A stretch of 62,732 bases of DNA, filler included, from Barthelona sp. PAP020 (taxonomy: Eukaryota), in NCBI GenBank assembly GCA_040182905.1. It is 9 parts of 9 records of this genome, joined end to end, with 100 filler letters (N's around TTAATTAATTAA, not from the genome) between each part and the next. Parts side by side here need not be neighbours in the genome. Positions count along the whole stretch, not along the records: positions 1 to 6,957 come from JARQWU010000522.1; positions 7,058 to 13,996 come from JARQWU010000523.1; 7 more parts are not named here. One strand, 5' to 3'. Under the pieces are notes generated by a model. It was not told the DNA's origin. It was given only the letters and a program-made list of their open reading frames with translations, and made no database searches. Below are positions 1 to 11,200 of the stretch, in pieces. The position numbers and the translations under genes are program-made. Positions within the stretch are counted from its first letter, which is position 1. Every line of letters begins with the position of its first letter.

Positions 1-63
1 TGGGGAAAAGTTGCCTTTTGGAGATATAAAAAAGGAGAACGGAAAATTCCTTGGGAAAAATAA
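1..63 (+). CDS. probable 3' end of an unidentified CDS (WGKVAFWRYKKGERKIPWEK*)
   Basis: Open frame from base 1 to TAA 61-63, followed by T-rich 3'UTR-like sequence; family not recognised. Confidence 0.4.
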   Translation, partial: WGKVAFWRYKKGERKIPWEK

Positions 64-281
64 ATGATCCGACTTCGTCAAATCTGTTTTTTTTTTTTTT
101 ACTCACCTATGTGCTTATATGTGTTTGAATATGTGTTTAAATGGAATATTGTTCAATAATAGCTGTTGTTAATATAACTTTTTCACCTCTTTGGAGTTCA
201 AAAAATAGATTTCGTTTGAATAAAGAAAGCTGGTTAAAAAAATCTTTTCCAATTCTGTAATATTTTTGACAATGTGTTATA

Positions 282-1514
282 ATGTGTGAATTTATTTATA
301 TTATTATATGTTTATGTTTATTAATGAGCTTGGTTCAGAGCAAAACCTATCCTCGTTGGGTTATGAATCCATATCATACCTTTTATGATTTTCCTGATTT
401 ACATTTAGCTAATGAGAATGGTACCTTTACAAATTATCCATTTTTTAATCAGGATACTGATGGAAGATACAAGTTACATTTTGTTTATAAACAGATTTCT
501 TATAAGTTGGCTGGTTTACCTGCTTGTTTCATTGGGCTTTTAGGAACTACTACTGTAACTCCATTTTATTTGCTGGATGATTTTTCTACTGTATGTGAAG
601 GAGGCAATACTTTTTGTTGGGGTCCAGACGCATTATACGCTGATTGTAATTATAAGAGTCGAGATCATTATTTATCAAAACAAACATCTGCTTCTGTTAG
701 TTATTTGCCACAAACTATCAATGATATCAGTAAATCCAGACGATACATGATTATCAAGGGACAAAACATTTGGTATTCTTACGATGGTTCGTATTATACC
801 ACTGTTGGTGTTGAAATATTTGAACACAGTTACAAATTTGTTTCAAGGGGTACTGTGTGTACTGGTGCCCCGGGTGCAACTCGTGCATTGTATAAAGTTT
901 TGATGATATACGCACAAGGCTTTAGTATGAGTTATAATCTCCATGCGTTTACTTATGCTGTTGGTGTGGAACATTTTGACAATAACAATGTGCGTCCTGT
1001 TGGATTTGTTTACAACAGCTATGATTTTTGGGCTTTTCATCAAGTTTCTTCACAAATTCCCAGTTTATATTGCAGGTATAACACGAATTCTTCCTATTCT
1101 CTTTGGAAGTTTGTGAATATGTTAAAACAGGAAAATGCCAAAAGTATTCGGATATTTGGGGGTGATTATCGTCAAGTTGATGAAATTGATTGGTTAATTT
1201 GTTTTGTGGCATATCCTGATGAGCCCAATCAAGCAATTAAATGCTTAACTTGGTACAATGTTTATGGAACAACTGATATATGTAATGATAATAGCTTTGA
1301 GGATATTTGGAATTTAAATGATATTGTTGCAGACCCTATTGAGGATATATCAGAGATACAGGATCTCCGACCATTTTATTTGAACGGACAATGGTTATTG
1401 TTAAAATTCAAATTAATGAAAGGAAATGTGGTATGGAGAATCATGGAATATGCAAGGAATACAGACATTTTGCATCCATATTTGAACACCCAAAGTGATT
1501 CATTTACATTTTGA
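282..1514 (+). CDS. secreted/surface hypothetical protein, Tyr/Cys/Asn-rich
   Basis: 410-aa ORF; hydrophobic N-terminus resembling a signal peptide (FIYIIICLCLLMSLVQS); no recognised domain. Confidence 0.7.
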   Translation: MCEFIYIIICLCLLMSLVQSKTYPRWVMNPYHTFYDFPDLHLANENGTFTNYPFFNQDTDGRYKLHFVYKQISYKLAGLPACFIGLLGTTTVTPFYLLDDFSTVCEGGNTFCWGPDALYADCNYKSRDHYLSKQTSASVSYLPQTINDISKSRRYMIIKGQNIWYSYDGSYYTTVGVEIFEHSYKFVSRGTVCTGAPGATRALYKVLMIYAQGFSMSYNLHAFTYAVGVEHFDNNNVRPVGFVYNSYDFWAFHQVSSQIPSLYCRYNTNSSYSLWKFVNMLKQENAKSIRIFGGDYRQVDEIDWLICFVAYPDEPNQAIKCLTWYNVYGTTDICNDNSFEDIWNLNDIVADPIEDISEIQDLRPFYLNGQWLLLKFKLMKGNVVWRIMEYARNTDILHPYLNTQSDSFTF

Positions 1515-2018
1515 ACGGTATATGCCATATTGATGGAATTTTTAATATTTCAAAGATTTTTTTGTCTTGTGACAAACAAGAAAGAATCACATTTACACTA
1601 CTTTAATCGTTAATTAAATTTTTTTTCTGTGTGTGTTTTTGATAAATAAATCTTTTATATGTTAATTATTTTTAGGTTATGTTTTCAAAATTTGGAGGTT
1701 TTTTTTGAAAAAAAATTGTGATCATCAAATGTTGAACATCTTAAAGAATTTATCTATTTTGCTTTTCATTCGTTTCTTCAACCATTTGTTTCAGTAGTAT
1801 TTGTTTATTTAAACCAATAAACGTTGAATCACTCAATTTGGAAATTTTTTATTTTTGGTTTTCAAATTTACATTTTTAGAGTTCTTTTCTCGATAATATT
1901 TATGTAATTAATTGTATTAATGATATAAATATAAGGTTTTTTTATTGTTGTAAGACAAGGGGGAGTGAGGGAAAAGCAAAAATTCTCAACTTAAAACTCA
2001 TCTTTGGACTTTTTGTCA

Positions 2019-3287
2019 ATGCCAAGTGATTTGGAATATGGTTCTGAACAAGAACTGTTGAATGTTAAACCTGAACAAAGGGGTGTTTTACCTTTTATTT
2101 TAGCCCCCATTTTTCTTGTTCTTTTTGTTGGTTCAATTTCATTTTATTTAAAAACTCGATTTGAGATTGTGTTTACCTTCTTTTCAAGCAATTCGGATGT
2201 GTCACAAGTATCAATTTTGTTTTGGATATTTACCATGATTCTATTTACCATTTCAATTGTTTTTATGATGACTGGATTCTTTGCTCGAAATTTATTTTTC
2301 AGTATTATTCATGGATTTGGTGCGATTGTTTGCATTTCAATTTTTGTGATTTTTCTTTCGACTCTTGTACAAAATTTGATCGCTTTAATTGTTTGGAATA
2401 TTCAATTATACATGAAAATTGATAGTTCAAGGATGTTGAGTGTTGAAGCATACATCTATTTGCTCGGTTTTGTTATTACTATCATATATTGCGCTTATAT
2501 TGTTATTTTCAGTACTTTAAAACCTAAGATTAATCGTTATGAATTTGATTTTGAGGATTTACCGAAAGATTTAGAAGGTTATAAAATTGCTCATCATTCT
2601 GACATTCATTTTGACAACTTATTTGGAACAAAGTCATTTGCACGTGAGCTTGCCACAATGACAAAAAATGAATCACCTGATCTTACTTGTATTACAGGAG
2701 ATATTGTTGATTTAACTGCGGATCAAATGACTAATTTTGAACAAGAATTTCAATTGTTGGGTAAAACAGCTAATAATGTATTTGCATGCACTGGTAATCA
2801 TGAATATTATCCAAATCCAGTAGATATTACAGCAAAAACTGATTATATGACTAGACAAGGCATCTCATTTTTACGTAACGCTCTTGAAGTTATTGAAATT
2901 GGTAATTCAAAGCTGGTTCTTCTTGGTATCGATGATAATGTCGCTTTGACCCAATATGCAAACGTGTTCAATTTAGTTCAGTTAAAAGCATACACAGAGG
3001 ATCCAAATTGCTTTGTTGTCCTTTTAGTGCATAATCCAAGAAACGGAATATTGGACATTTGTGAGGAGCATGGAATTGATCTCACTCTTTGTGGTCATAC
3101 ACATGGAGGACAGTTTTGGCCTTTGGGATATCTGTTGAGATTAATTAATGAGTATGCAGAAGGACTATTCATTGGTAAGCAGGGTAAATCTAAACTGTTC
3201 ACCTCAAGAGGATCAGGTACTTGGGCAGTTGGTCGTTCATTGACATTGAGAACTGAATTACCCATAATTGTATTAAAAAGGAAGTAA
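2019..3287 (+). CDS. membrane-anchored metallophosphoesterase (YkuE/TMPPE-like)
   Basis: N-terminal TM helices, then motifs SDIH, GDIVD, GNHE, HNP, GHTHGGQ, SRGSGTW; first ATG at 2019 (ORF track starts at a TTG). Confidence 0.9.
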   Translation: MPSDLEYGSEQELLNVKPEQRGVLPFILAPIFLVLFVGSISFYLKTRFEIVFTFFSSNSDVSQVSILFWIFTMILFTISIVFMMTGFFARNLFFSIIHGFGAIVCISIFVIFLSTLVQNLIALIVWNIQLYMKIDSSRMLSVEAYIYLLGFVITIIYCAYIVIFSTLKPKINRYEFDFEDLPKDLEGYKIAHHSDIHFDNLFGTKSFARELATMTKNESPDLTCITGDIVDLTADQMTNFEQEFQLLGKTANNVFACTGNHEYYPNPVDITAKTDYMTRQGISFLRNALEVIEIGNSKLVLLGIDDNVALTQYANVFNLVQLKAYTEDPNCFVVLLVHNPRNGILDICEEHGIDLTLCGHTHGGQFWPLGYLLRLINEYAEGLFIGKQGKSKLFTSRGSGTWAVGRSLTLRTELPIIVLKRK

Positions 3288-3661
3288 AAACCAAAGTTTT
3301 CTCCAATTTCATTTCAATTTAGTCTTAATTCAAATGATTGGGTTTTGGCAGCTGAGATTCATTTTTTTTTTTGCAAATCTTGATTTTTGAGGATAAATAT
3401 TTTGAATCACAACTTTTCAAGATACACCACTGATTGAAGAGGAATTATGTCCAATCACTTCACAACAGGTTTAATAAAAGCTAACATGACTATATTTTTT
3501 ATTGTTGAAGTTTGGGGTGCTTCTAATTAAAGCAACACCAAAAGAAACTAAGGAAGATTCTGTTTTTCATTGTTTCCATTTCAAATATGTTCATCGCTCT
3601 CCCTTTCTTAATCTCAACTGAAAACGTTTGTTTCTTTTGTAGAAAGAATAAAGTGTTGTAT

Positions 3662-4405
3662 TTATAATGAACGAACGTTAAACAATGCATCTAATTGTTC
3701 AATTGTATCTTGAGGAGAAGTAACAGTATGACCAATTGTTCTTAGATGTTCAAAAATTTCATAATCATTTCCACCAGGGGCAGTTCTATCACCGAAGAAA
3801 TGAACTTCGTCATATTCTTCAACAAATTGTAAACAATAAGTCTTGTCCCAATTATTAGGGAAAATATCCATGGAAATTTGTCCCCCAATAGCAACAGTTA
3901 AATTGTATTTTCCACCGAACTTTTCATCCAATTGAGCTTTAAATTCTTCTCTCAATTTATGTTCATTATCCCAATGGAAAAATTGTTCACGTTCCTTTTG
4001 AGAGACCGAACGACCACAGGGTGAAACATTAATCATTCCAGTTCTGTATTCAACAAAAACTCCACGTTTCTTTGGAACATCATGGGATGAAATAAAATTA
4101 AGACAGAAATTAACAATTTCTTGAGATTGTTCTTCTGTTAAATGATCTAAAATAGATTTGGCATGGAATTTCTCTCCATTCTTGAAGCCAACTAAACCAT
4201 TTTCGGCGAAAACCCAATGATAATCTGAATGGACAGTATCTCCCAATTGTTCAATTTGTTTGGAGGCATCAGAACCACCAACTATACCAACATCAACAAC
4301 TGTTTTTAATTTTTGAAGTAATTGTAACATTTCTTCGGAAGCACGTCCTCTTGCAGGAGTTAAAGTACCATCAATATCAAAAAGCACCAAGGTTTTTTTA
4401 GTCAT
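3662..4405 (-). CDS. PMM: eukaryotic phosphomannomutase (HAD family, Sec53/PMM2)
   Basis: FDIDGTLT, VGGSD, ENG, EYRTGMINVSP, GGQISMDIFP..WDKTYCL, FFGDRT..GGNDYEI. Confidence 0.97.
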   Translation of the reverse strand: MTKKTLVLFDIDGTLTPARGRASEEMLQLLQKLKTVVDVGIVGGSDASKQIEQLGDTVHSDYHWVFAENGLVGFKNGEKFHAKSILDHLTEEQSQEIVNFCLNFISSHDVPKKRGVFVEYRTGMINVSPCGRSVSQKEREQFFHWDNEHKLREEFKAQLDEKFGGKYNLTVAIGGQISMDIFPNNWDKTYCLQFVEEYDEVHFFGDRTAPGGNDYEIFEHLRTIGHTVTSPQDTIEQLDALFNVRSL

Positions 4406-4471
4406 TAGAAAATTAATTTAAAAAAAAGTTTTTGTTGAAATGGATGGAGAAACTATTTTTATAATTTTTTG

Positions 4472-4891
4472 ATGATTCAACCAAAATCTGTACATTCACT
4501 ATATAATGAAGAACAGAGGTCATCAAAATTATTGATTAAAACGAACAAGAATATTGATGATGTTGAATTAAAAAAACCACCTGAATTGGAGACAACAAAT
4601 GAAGAAATAGAAAATTTACCGTCAGATGAAAAAAAACTTACAATTGATAGTGAAAACAGAAATATTTCACAAAAGATTGCGCGAATAGTAGAAGAACGAG
4701 AATCTCAACACAAACATGCTATTGAGCCTCAATTTACAACATTTTCTAAATTTGATGAAAAATCATTCACAGTAAAACCAAATTGGTTTGAAGAGACTTT
4801 GTTTCAAAATCAAGCTGCCACACATTATCGTCCAAATGATGATTTTAGCGTTAAAGGACAAATTTATAAGTTGACAAGGTTGGTTAAATAA
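4472..4891 (+). CDS. hypothetical protein
   Basis: ~139-aa ORF filling the space between PMM and GDAP2-like genes; no recognised domain. Confidence 0.6.
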   Translation: MIQPKSVHSLYNEEQRSSKLLIKTNKNIDDVELKKPPELETTNEEIENLPSDEKKLTIDSENRNISQKIARIVEERESQHKHAIEPQFTTFSKFDEKSFTVKPNWFEETLFQNQAATHYRPNDDFSVKGQIYKLTRLVK

Positions 4892-5073
4892 CGGAGAATT
4901 TTTTTATTGTTTAAAAGTTCAATTGTAAATATAGTCATTTATTTTATTTTATTTTCATTCTTTTGCTCTTTCTGTTCAAAAATGACATGTTTTTTAATGT
5001 ATTTATTCAAAAAAAATAAAAAATAAAAAAGAAAATTTATCAACTATTTACAATTCTTTCTAAAACCATCAAT

Positions 5074-6726
5074 TCAATTGTTCAACAAAAATCTCAAATT
5101 ATTTGCTTCATTTTGACCATTAATAGAGCTTTCTGCAGCTAATATTGAATCTAATACCAAACAATTAAGCTTTGATAATTCTTTAATTGGAAAAAATTCA
5201 TTCAACTCCAAAAGTTTTTGAATGTTTAAAACTTTTTCGGCAAAAATTTTTCTTTCAATATTATTTGGTTTCAAAGGTTGATCATTATCCAATAAAAAAG
5301 CGTTGTATTTAATTTTTGCTGATAATTTGAACGATTGCCAGGAAGATAAATGAATGGAAAATAAATTTTGTAAAAGATTCAACTCCACTAATGGTAAATC
5401 ATTAATAAACTCCAGCAAAAAGTCAATATTTAGATAATTGATCTCTTCTATGACATTTGAATAGAAAAAAAGCAAAGAATATCGCTGATTCCGAGTTTTA
5501 TATCCAGACACTAAATTATAGACGTAATATCTTAAATGTTTAACATTATTCAAGCTATAATTCAATCTATTGAAAAAAATGCAGATATAATTCGTCTTGT
5601 TTATATACAAAGTATGTACACAATGGGACATGTCTTTAGTTGTTGATAATGTGCTGATTTCTTCAAATATCCTTTGTTTTTCCTTCATCACAGTAATTTC
5701 TTCGAGCGTAAAATTGACTAAACTATAATTCTTTACTTTGGTTGTCATTAATTGAGTAGTAGATGGTTCTAAGGTAACTAAAACGGGTTTAGAAAATTCT
5801 ACGTTCATGATGGATTCGTGTGGTTGATAATCAATAAACCCCCACTCATTTCCAGTGAAAATCATTTTGTTTTCCTTCACAAATCCTCTCTGGATGTTTT
5901 GAAAAGATTCATATGAACGAGGAAAATATAATTCGACCAGAGATTTCAAAAAGCTAAAATCAAATTCATCAGAATTAGCAAAACTGAAAACAATTTCTGG
6001 AAAATTAAAGCTGGATGCTAAATATTGTTCAACACAACATCTAATCGTACGTAATGAATTAATAATGGTAACTATTTCAGGTACACTATTGAATTTACAC
6101 GATAATATTGGCAGCACTAATCTCTTCACATTGTTTTCAGCAGCTTTTTGAAATACTCTTGCATACATGAGGGAAACAATATTGGAAGGATACGTGGTAA
6201 GAGATTTTGAATGTTTAGGACTTGCAACAAAAATTATCCCTTCCAAATGTTGCAAAGTACCAGTTTTTCGCCAAAATATTGCTTCCGCTGTTTTTAATGG
6301 ATTCGCTTTTTTAGATATACGATTATTGGCATATATATTTTCAATTTCATCAACGATATTCCCATCCAAATGTTCTAAAATCTTTTGAAATAATGGTGAA
6401 CTGCTTTCACTCATATTTTCAGTAGAAGCAACAGCAATACAATCACAAGCAATATGTAATGGTGAATTATCCGTAATAAAAATTTTACTGTTTATATTCA
6501 TATCAAATGAAAAAGGGTACTTGTCAAAATCAGCTGATGAATCAATATCATACAATAAATGATTATGTTCATCAAATTTTTTGACAATTGTAGCTATTTC
6601 AATTGGAACATTCTCATCATTTTGCCAATTGGTTTCGATTTCCTTTAAAAACGTTTTTTTTTCATAAAATACTTCATTATTTCCTATGTCTTTAATTTCA
6701 TGATGATTAGTAACGTCATTTATCAT
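5074..6726 (-). CDS. GDAP2-like protein (macro domain + C-terminal CRAL-TRIO-like domain)
   Basis: YPFSFDMNINSKIFI..CDCIAVASTENMSE resembles the GDAP2 macro-domain start; RTIRCCVE and LYFPRS motifs; C-terminal YSLLFFYS/LFSIH segment; likely ATG 6726. Confidence 0.75.
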   Translation of the reverse strand: MINDVTNHHEIKDIGNNEVFYEKKTFLKEIETNWQNDENVPIEIATIVKKFDEHNHLLYDIDSSADFDKYPFSFDMNINSKIFITDNSPLHIACDCIAVASTENMSESSSPLFQKILEHLDGNIVDEIENIYANNRISKKANPLKTAEAIFWRKTGTLQHLEGIIFVASPKHSKSLTTYPSNIVSLMYARVFQKAAENNVKRLVLPILSCKFNSVPEIVTIINSLRTIRCCVEQYLASSFNFPEIVFSFANSDEFDFSFLKSLVELYFPRSYESFQNIQRGFVKENKMIFTGNEWGFIDYQPHESIMNVEFSKPVLVTLEPSTTQLMTTKVKNYSLVNFTLEEITVMKEKQRIFEEISTLSTTKDMSHCVHTLYINKTNYICIFFNRLNYSLNNVKHLRYYVYNLVSGYKTRNQRYSLLFFYSNVIEEINYLNIDFLLEFINDLPLVELNLLQNLFSIHLSSWQSFKLSAKIKYNAFLLDNDQPLKPNNIERKIFAEKVLNIQKLLELNEFFPIKELSKLNCLVLDSILAAESSINGQNEANNLRFLLNN

Positions 6727-6856
6727 GATAAAAGAAAACAAAAAAATTCCCTGTACAGCTTTCTTGATTTGGAGATCACACATGGGATATGATTGATTCA
6801 ATCCACACAATTGTTTTCCACCATAAAGAACAAGAAATTTTTGAAAGTTTTTTACC

Positions 6857-6957
6857 TCATGACCCAATTTTTAATTTCGTTTTCAATTGATATCTTCTTT
6901 GATACAATTTTAATTTTTTAGGTTCAATTAATCCCCTTCTTTGGAAATTAGTAAAAG
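6857..6957 (-). CDS. 3' end of NOP53/GLTSCR2-like ribosome biogenesis factor (partial, contig edge)
   Basis: Manual translation FTNFQRRGLIEPKKLKLYQRRYQLKTKLKIGS* matches the Nop53 C-terminal F..Q.R..IEP..K..Y..K motif; not in ORF track. Confidence 0.6.
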
Positions 6958-7057
6958 NNNNNNNNNNNNNNNNNNNNNNNNNNNNNNNNNNNNNNNNNNN
7001 NTTAATTAATTAANNNNNNNNNNNNNNNNNNNNNNNNNNNNNNNNNNNNNNNNNNNN
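6958..7057. other. artificial contig spacer
   Basis: N44-TTAATTAATTAA-N44; stop codons in all six frames. Confidence 0.97.
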
Positions 7058-7139
7058 TTCGATGGAAAACATCAGGGATTTGGAAAAGGAAACACAAGAA
7101 TATCTGAGTAATTTGATGCATCAAAATGATGATGTATAA
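7058..7139 (+). CDS. 3' end of an unidentified CDS (SMENIRDLEKETQEYLSNLMHQNDDV*)
   Basis: Open frame from contig edge to TAA, followed by T-rich UTR-like sequence. Confidence 0.45.
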
Positions 7140-7314
7140 GAATAGTTGAATTTCAGTGGATTTTTTCTTTTTCTTTTTTTTGGATATCGTTTGGTTGATA
7201 TTTGTGTAAATTATTTGTTATTGTTTGTTCCTTTTTCTTTTCATTTTAGGTTTACCATAATATCCAAAACAAAAAATCATTGATAAAATATTTACAAAAG
7301 GAAAAAAACACTTG

Positions 7315-8076
7315 CTATTTTCTTTTCTTTCGGTCATTTTCTTCTTCTTTGTTTCTTTTTTCATGCTCAGCTCTCATGAGAATAACAATGACATTTTTTA
7401 AAATGTTAATAAATGACAAGAAGAAATCAAAAGCAGCAAGTTGTGGGGAAATGTCAAACCCACTTTCAATCAAGTATGTCCATTTCTGAATTCGCAAAAA
7501 TACATGACACATCTCAGAAACAATGGTGATTATTAAGTAGAAATTTAATGAAAAACCCATACGTCTTCCCCTAAACAAATAAAAAAAGCTTGAAATAGAT
7601 TCAATAACAAAATAAACGGTAATGGCAAAAAGTAATGTAGAAACATAGAAAGTAATTCGATTGTTAAAATCAACACTGGCTAATTTTAATAATAAGAAAA
7701 AAATGACAGCAGTTATGCCAAAAGCTTTAATAATGATATCAACTGGCAAAATATCCCTGGTTAATGACGATGTCATGAACAATCCAACAAAAAAAGCAAA
7801 AAGATTACCAACATAATTGGGAAAACTGTGATTATCAAAGAATTTTTTAACAACAAAAATACAACTGGCAACTAATCCAATAAAAACCAAAAAAGTACTG
7901 AAATAAAATCCGGACAATGTTCCAATAAAAGAAAAAAGTGAATAATAAAACAAATGGTTGAAGGTTTCAGAAACAAATTCAGTTTGGACTTTTGAAAATC
8001 GGGAAAATTGAAATAAATCTTCTGTTGCAACATGTGGTAACTTCGATGAATCAAAAATATTGAAAAGATCCTGCAT
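7315..8076 (-). CDS. Bax inhibitor-1 (TMBIM6-like) membrane protein
   Basis: 6-7 TM helices; KAFGITAVIF; C-terminal AAFDFFLSFINILK..ILM followed by a basic KKRK tail typical of BI-1. Confidence 0.8.
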   Translation of the reverse strand: MQDLFNIFDSSKLPHVATEDLFQFSRFSKVQTEFVSETFNHLFYYSLFSFIGTLSGFYFSTFLVFIGLVASCIFVVKKFFDNHSFPNYVGNLFAFFVGLFMTSSLTRDILPVDIIIKAFGITAVIFFLLLKLASVDFNNRITFYVSTLLFAITVYFVIESISSFFYLFRGRRMGFSLNFYLIITIVSEMCHVFLRIQKWTYLIESGFDISPQLAAFDFFLSFINILKNVIVILMRAEHEKRNKEEENDRKKRK

Positions 8077-8289
8077 TGTTTAAAAAAGTGTTTTTGGATT
8101 GGAATGAGATTCTTGTCATTTTTCTTTGAAAATTCATTTTAAGACGTTTTATAAACATATTTAAACTAATTATACATTTAGCGTTATAATTTAAGCTTTT
8201 TTTCACTTTTTGAAATCCTTATAGATTTTTTTTTTGTTTTAATGGGTTTTTTCTGTTAAAGTTTGTTACACTTTGTTAAAAAGCTTTAA

Positions 8290-11200
8290 ATGGAGCATTA
8301 TAAGTCAATAATTGATTATTTAAATGAAACTTCGATTAATGATATTACTGCCGAAGAACTTTCGATTTGGTTATCTTATCAATACCCGCATTCTTTTGAG
8401 AAATATAGCAAACAAGTTGAATTGCTATTTCCTGAGTTATTTGAGAGTATAAAAAGGGATAACAATAATATTGAAAATAATCAATTGGAAATCGACAATC
8501 AAATAATATTTATTGGTTTATTATTTAATAATATTATTGAAAAAAAAAAAATTGTTCATTTATCATCGTATTTTCATTTATTTTCTGAAGCCCGAAACTT
8601 CAAGGTAATGAAGCAATTATTTTGCAAGTTTATCCCGTATTTATTTGAAAAATTTATTCATGATATCAATTTACATGATAGTTTAGAGGATATATTTGAC
8701 TATATCTTGGATAGTGAATCAGATGTGAGAAACATTGCAATTGAAATTATTGAAAATATATTTCATGTTTTTCCATTTGTATGTTCACCTTCAGTTATTA
8801 AGAAATTATTATTCATTAGAGAGAAAATTAAAAATTTTTCCCCTTTTGATTCATTATTTGATAATTCAGCAGAAATTTTATCATGGATTGAAAATTTACC
8901 ATCTTTAATTGAAGTTTCTGTTGTTTATCCTTCATTTTCTTTCAATTGTATGCTTTGTGATTTTTGTTCTGTTGATGAATATGAGTATCCTGTCAATTTT
9001 TTCCCAAAAATTTCAAATTTCAATCAAATATTCTTGCGTTTTTTGCAATATGAAGGTCTTAAAGCATTTGATGATGTTTTGTCTTTGAAATATCTTGCAT
9101 CATCCTGTTTTTCATTTAATGATGTCAATTTTGCATATTTAGTTTTATCCACAATATTTTCCAAAACAGTTCAAAATAATTCTGACTTTTTTTTTCAATC
9201 TTATGAGGTTTTAGCTTTTTTCGAAGATTTGTTCAAGCTTATCAATACGTTACCAAATGGTAATGAATATTCAAATGATTTATTAACAACCGAAAATCGT
9301 TTTTTATCACTAAAATATTCCACGCAAAGCAGCAATTCAATCTGCCTTTTCCCTAGGGTTGTTTTTTGTTTTATTATGACGCTTCTAAAGCAAGTTGAAA
9401 AATTTGAGTGTTTTAAATCTTTTGTCTCCTTTTTACACAAATGTATTTTGAAATTTATCAATTTGAAAACAAATGAGTATGAAATATGTATTTTTAACCT
9501 AGTTGCCTTTGATTATTTTTTAAATTTGAAATCTACGTCAGATTTTTCCCCAATGTCTTTTCATATATTGGAATCTTTTAGCTCATTGTTAAAAGCTTTT
9601 AATTCTTTAAATGTTCTATTGAAAATACCAATTCTTTCTTACAAAGAAGATATGAAAATTTTTGAAAGCTTCCGAGAAGCTTTGAAGAAGTTTCCAACAA
9701 ATGAATTGTTTCCCTTCTTTCAAAAGAAATTTTCCAAACTTGAGCCATCTAATGAAGGGCCGTTTTTTAATCGAAGTACATTGGACAATTTAACAGATAT
9801 TGATGCAGGAATTTACATCTCTTCAATAGGTTCATATATTTCAAGTTTCATTCATCATTGTTTGAGTCAATCTCAAAAAATTAGTCTTAGAGATAATCTT
9901 GTGTTTAAATTGGCAATTTCTTCTTCTATTCATAGAATGATAAAGTTATTTGAAATATTTCAAACTTTTCCCAGCTTAATATGGCTTTTACATGTATTAT
10001 TGAGTCGTAAATGGGTAATATGTGTTGATTTTGAATTTGGAAGCTCATGGTTGACCACCTTTGATGATATTAGATTATTTAATGTAAAATTGAGCAGTGA
10101 TAGAATGGAAACTATCAAGCCATTGGTCCGTTTATTAGGAATTTTCTGTATTTGGGGATGTTATTCTTTAATCGAGTTGATTATACGTTTAGGACCTTTT
10201 TCTAACAGTACCATTGATTATATAGTAAGAAATTTAATGATTGATCCTTCAATTTTGTTGAAGAAACCAGATTTTTTCCTTTATTATAAAAACAATAAAT
10301 GCTCTCAATTGCTTTTTGAGGGTAAAATTGCTTTATATATGTTGAGTGATGGAAACATGTGTCTGAGTCAAGCTTGTGATTGTATTAACAGATGGAATGA
10401 ATTTCATCAGCATTTTTCTTCATATGCTTTATATTTTATAAATTGTTTGAAACATCACAGTAATTCTCCTGACTTACAACGATTATTAGACAAAACTATT
10501 CAACATATGTTTGATAAGCATGATTTATTGTCGATTTCACACTTGTATTTTTTGATTAAATCACACTCTCTTTTTGATTTGAATGGATTGGAAGCCTTTT
10601 TGAAAAAGTTGCGTGATCTTGGAGAATTTTTGACAGTTGATTTATTTTTAGAGAATATTTTCAATCAAGATCCAATGATTTCATCTTATTTTATTTTAGA
10701 TGCAAGAATTAAAGATGAAATGCCTGAATTGATCCGAATGTTTCTCTTAATTGATTCAATCATTAATATTTCTCAAAATCTTGTTTCTGTTTCGAGAGAA
10801 GAAAGAAAGAAAAAGTGTTATGCTGATTTGACTGAACTAAATTCGGTAATATTTGATGAAGGACCCGTTGTATTGTGTCTGAATGAAATTGTTGAAATAA
10901 AGAATATCGTTGTGAATGAATGTTTGCCAATGAAAAGTCATGCCAAAGTTCCGTTAAAAATTGTATTTGAAACCACCAAAGGAGATCATGTTTGTTATAT
11001 GTTTAAGTCTAATGATGATATTCGTCAAGATGCTTTGATAGTTTTTTTGTTTCATTATTCAAATGTTATTTTTGAAAATTCAAGACTTTTTCATTATCTT
11101 TACCCCCACCAAATATTACCAACAAACAAATCGGAAGGTCTCATTGAAATGATCCCGAATTCATATTCTCGTGATTCTTTGGGATCTATTGGTTATTTGA

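Noticed and set aside
18..35. TTGGAGATATAAAAA shared between the window start and the 41.7-kb hairpin arm
   Set aside because: Only ~15 nt of AT-rich identity, and bases 1-63 read as a coding 3' end; probably chance
6727..6867. N-terminal extensions of GDAP2-like and other ORFs starting at TTG/GTG or upstream AT-rich ATGs (also 2004, 18390, 23478, 29652, 31206, 46283)
   Set aside because: They translate T/A-rich promoter DNA; downstream ATGs fit better, and 6857-6867 overlaps the NOP53-like stop
7002..7013. Recurrent TTAATTAATTAA motif every ~7 kb, resembling a periodic repeat or element end
   Set aside because: Always centred in exactly 100 nt of N padding; a synthetic six-frame stop linker
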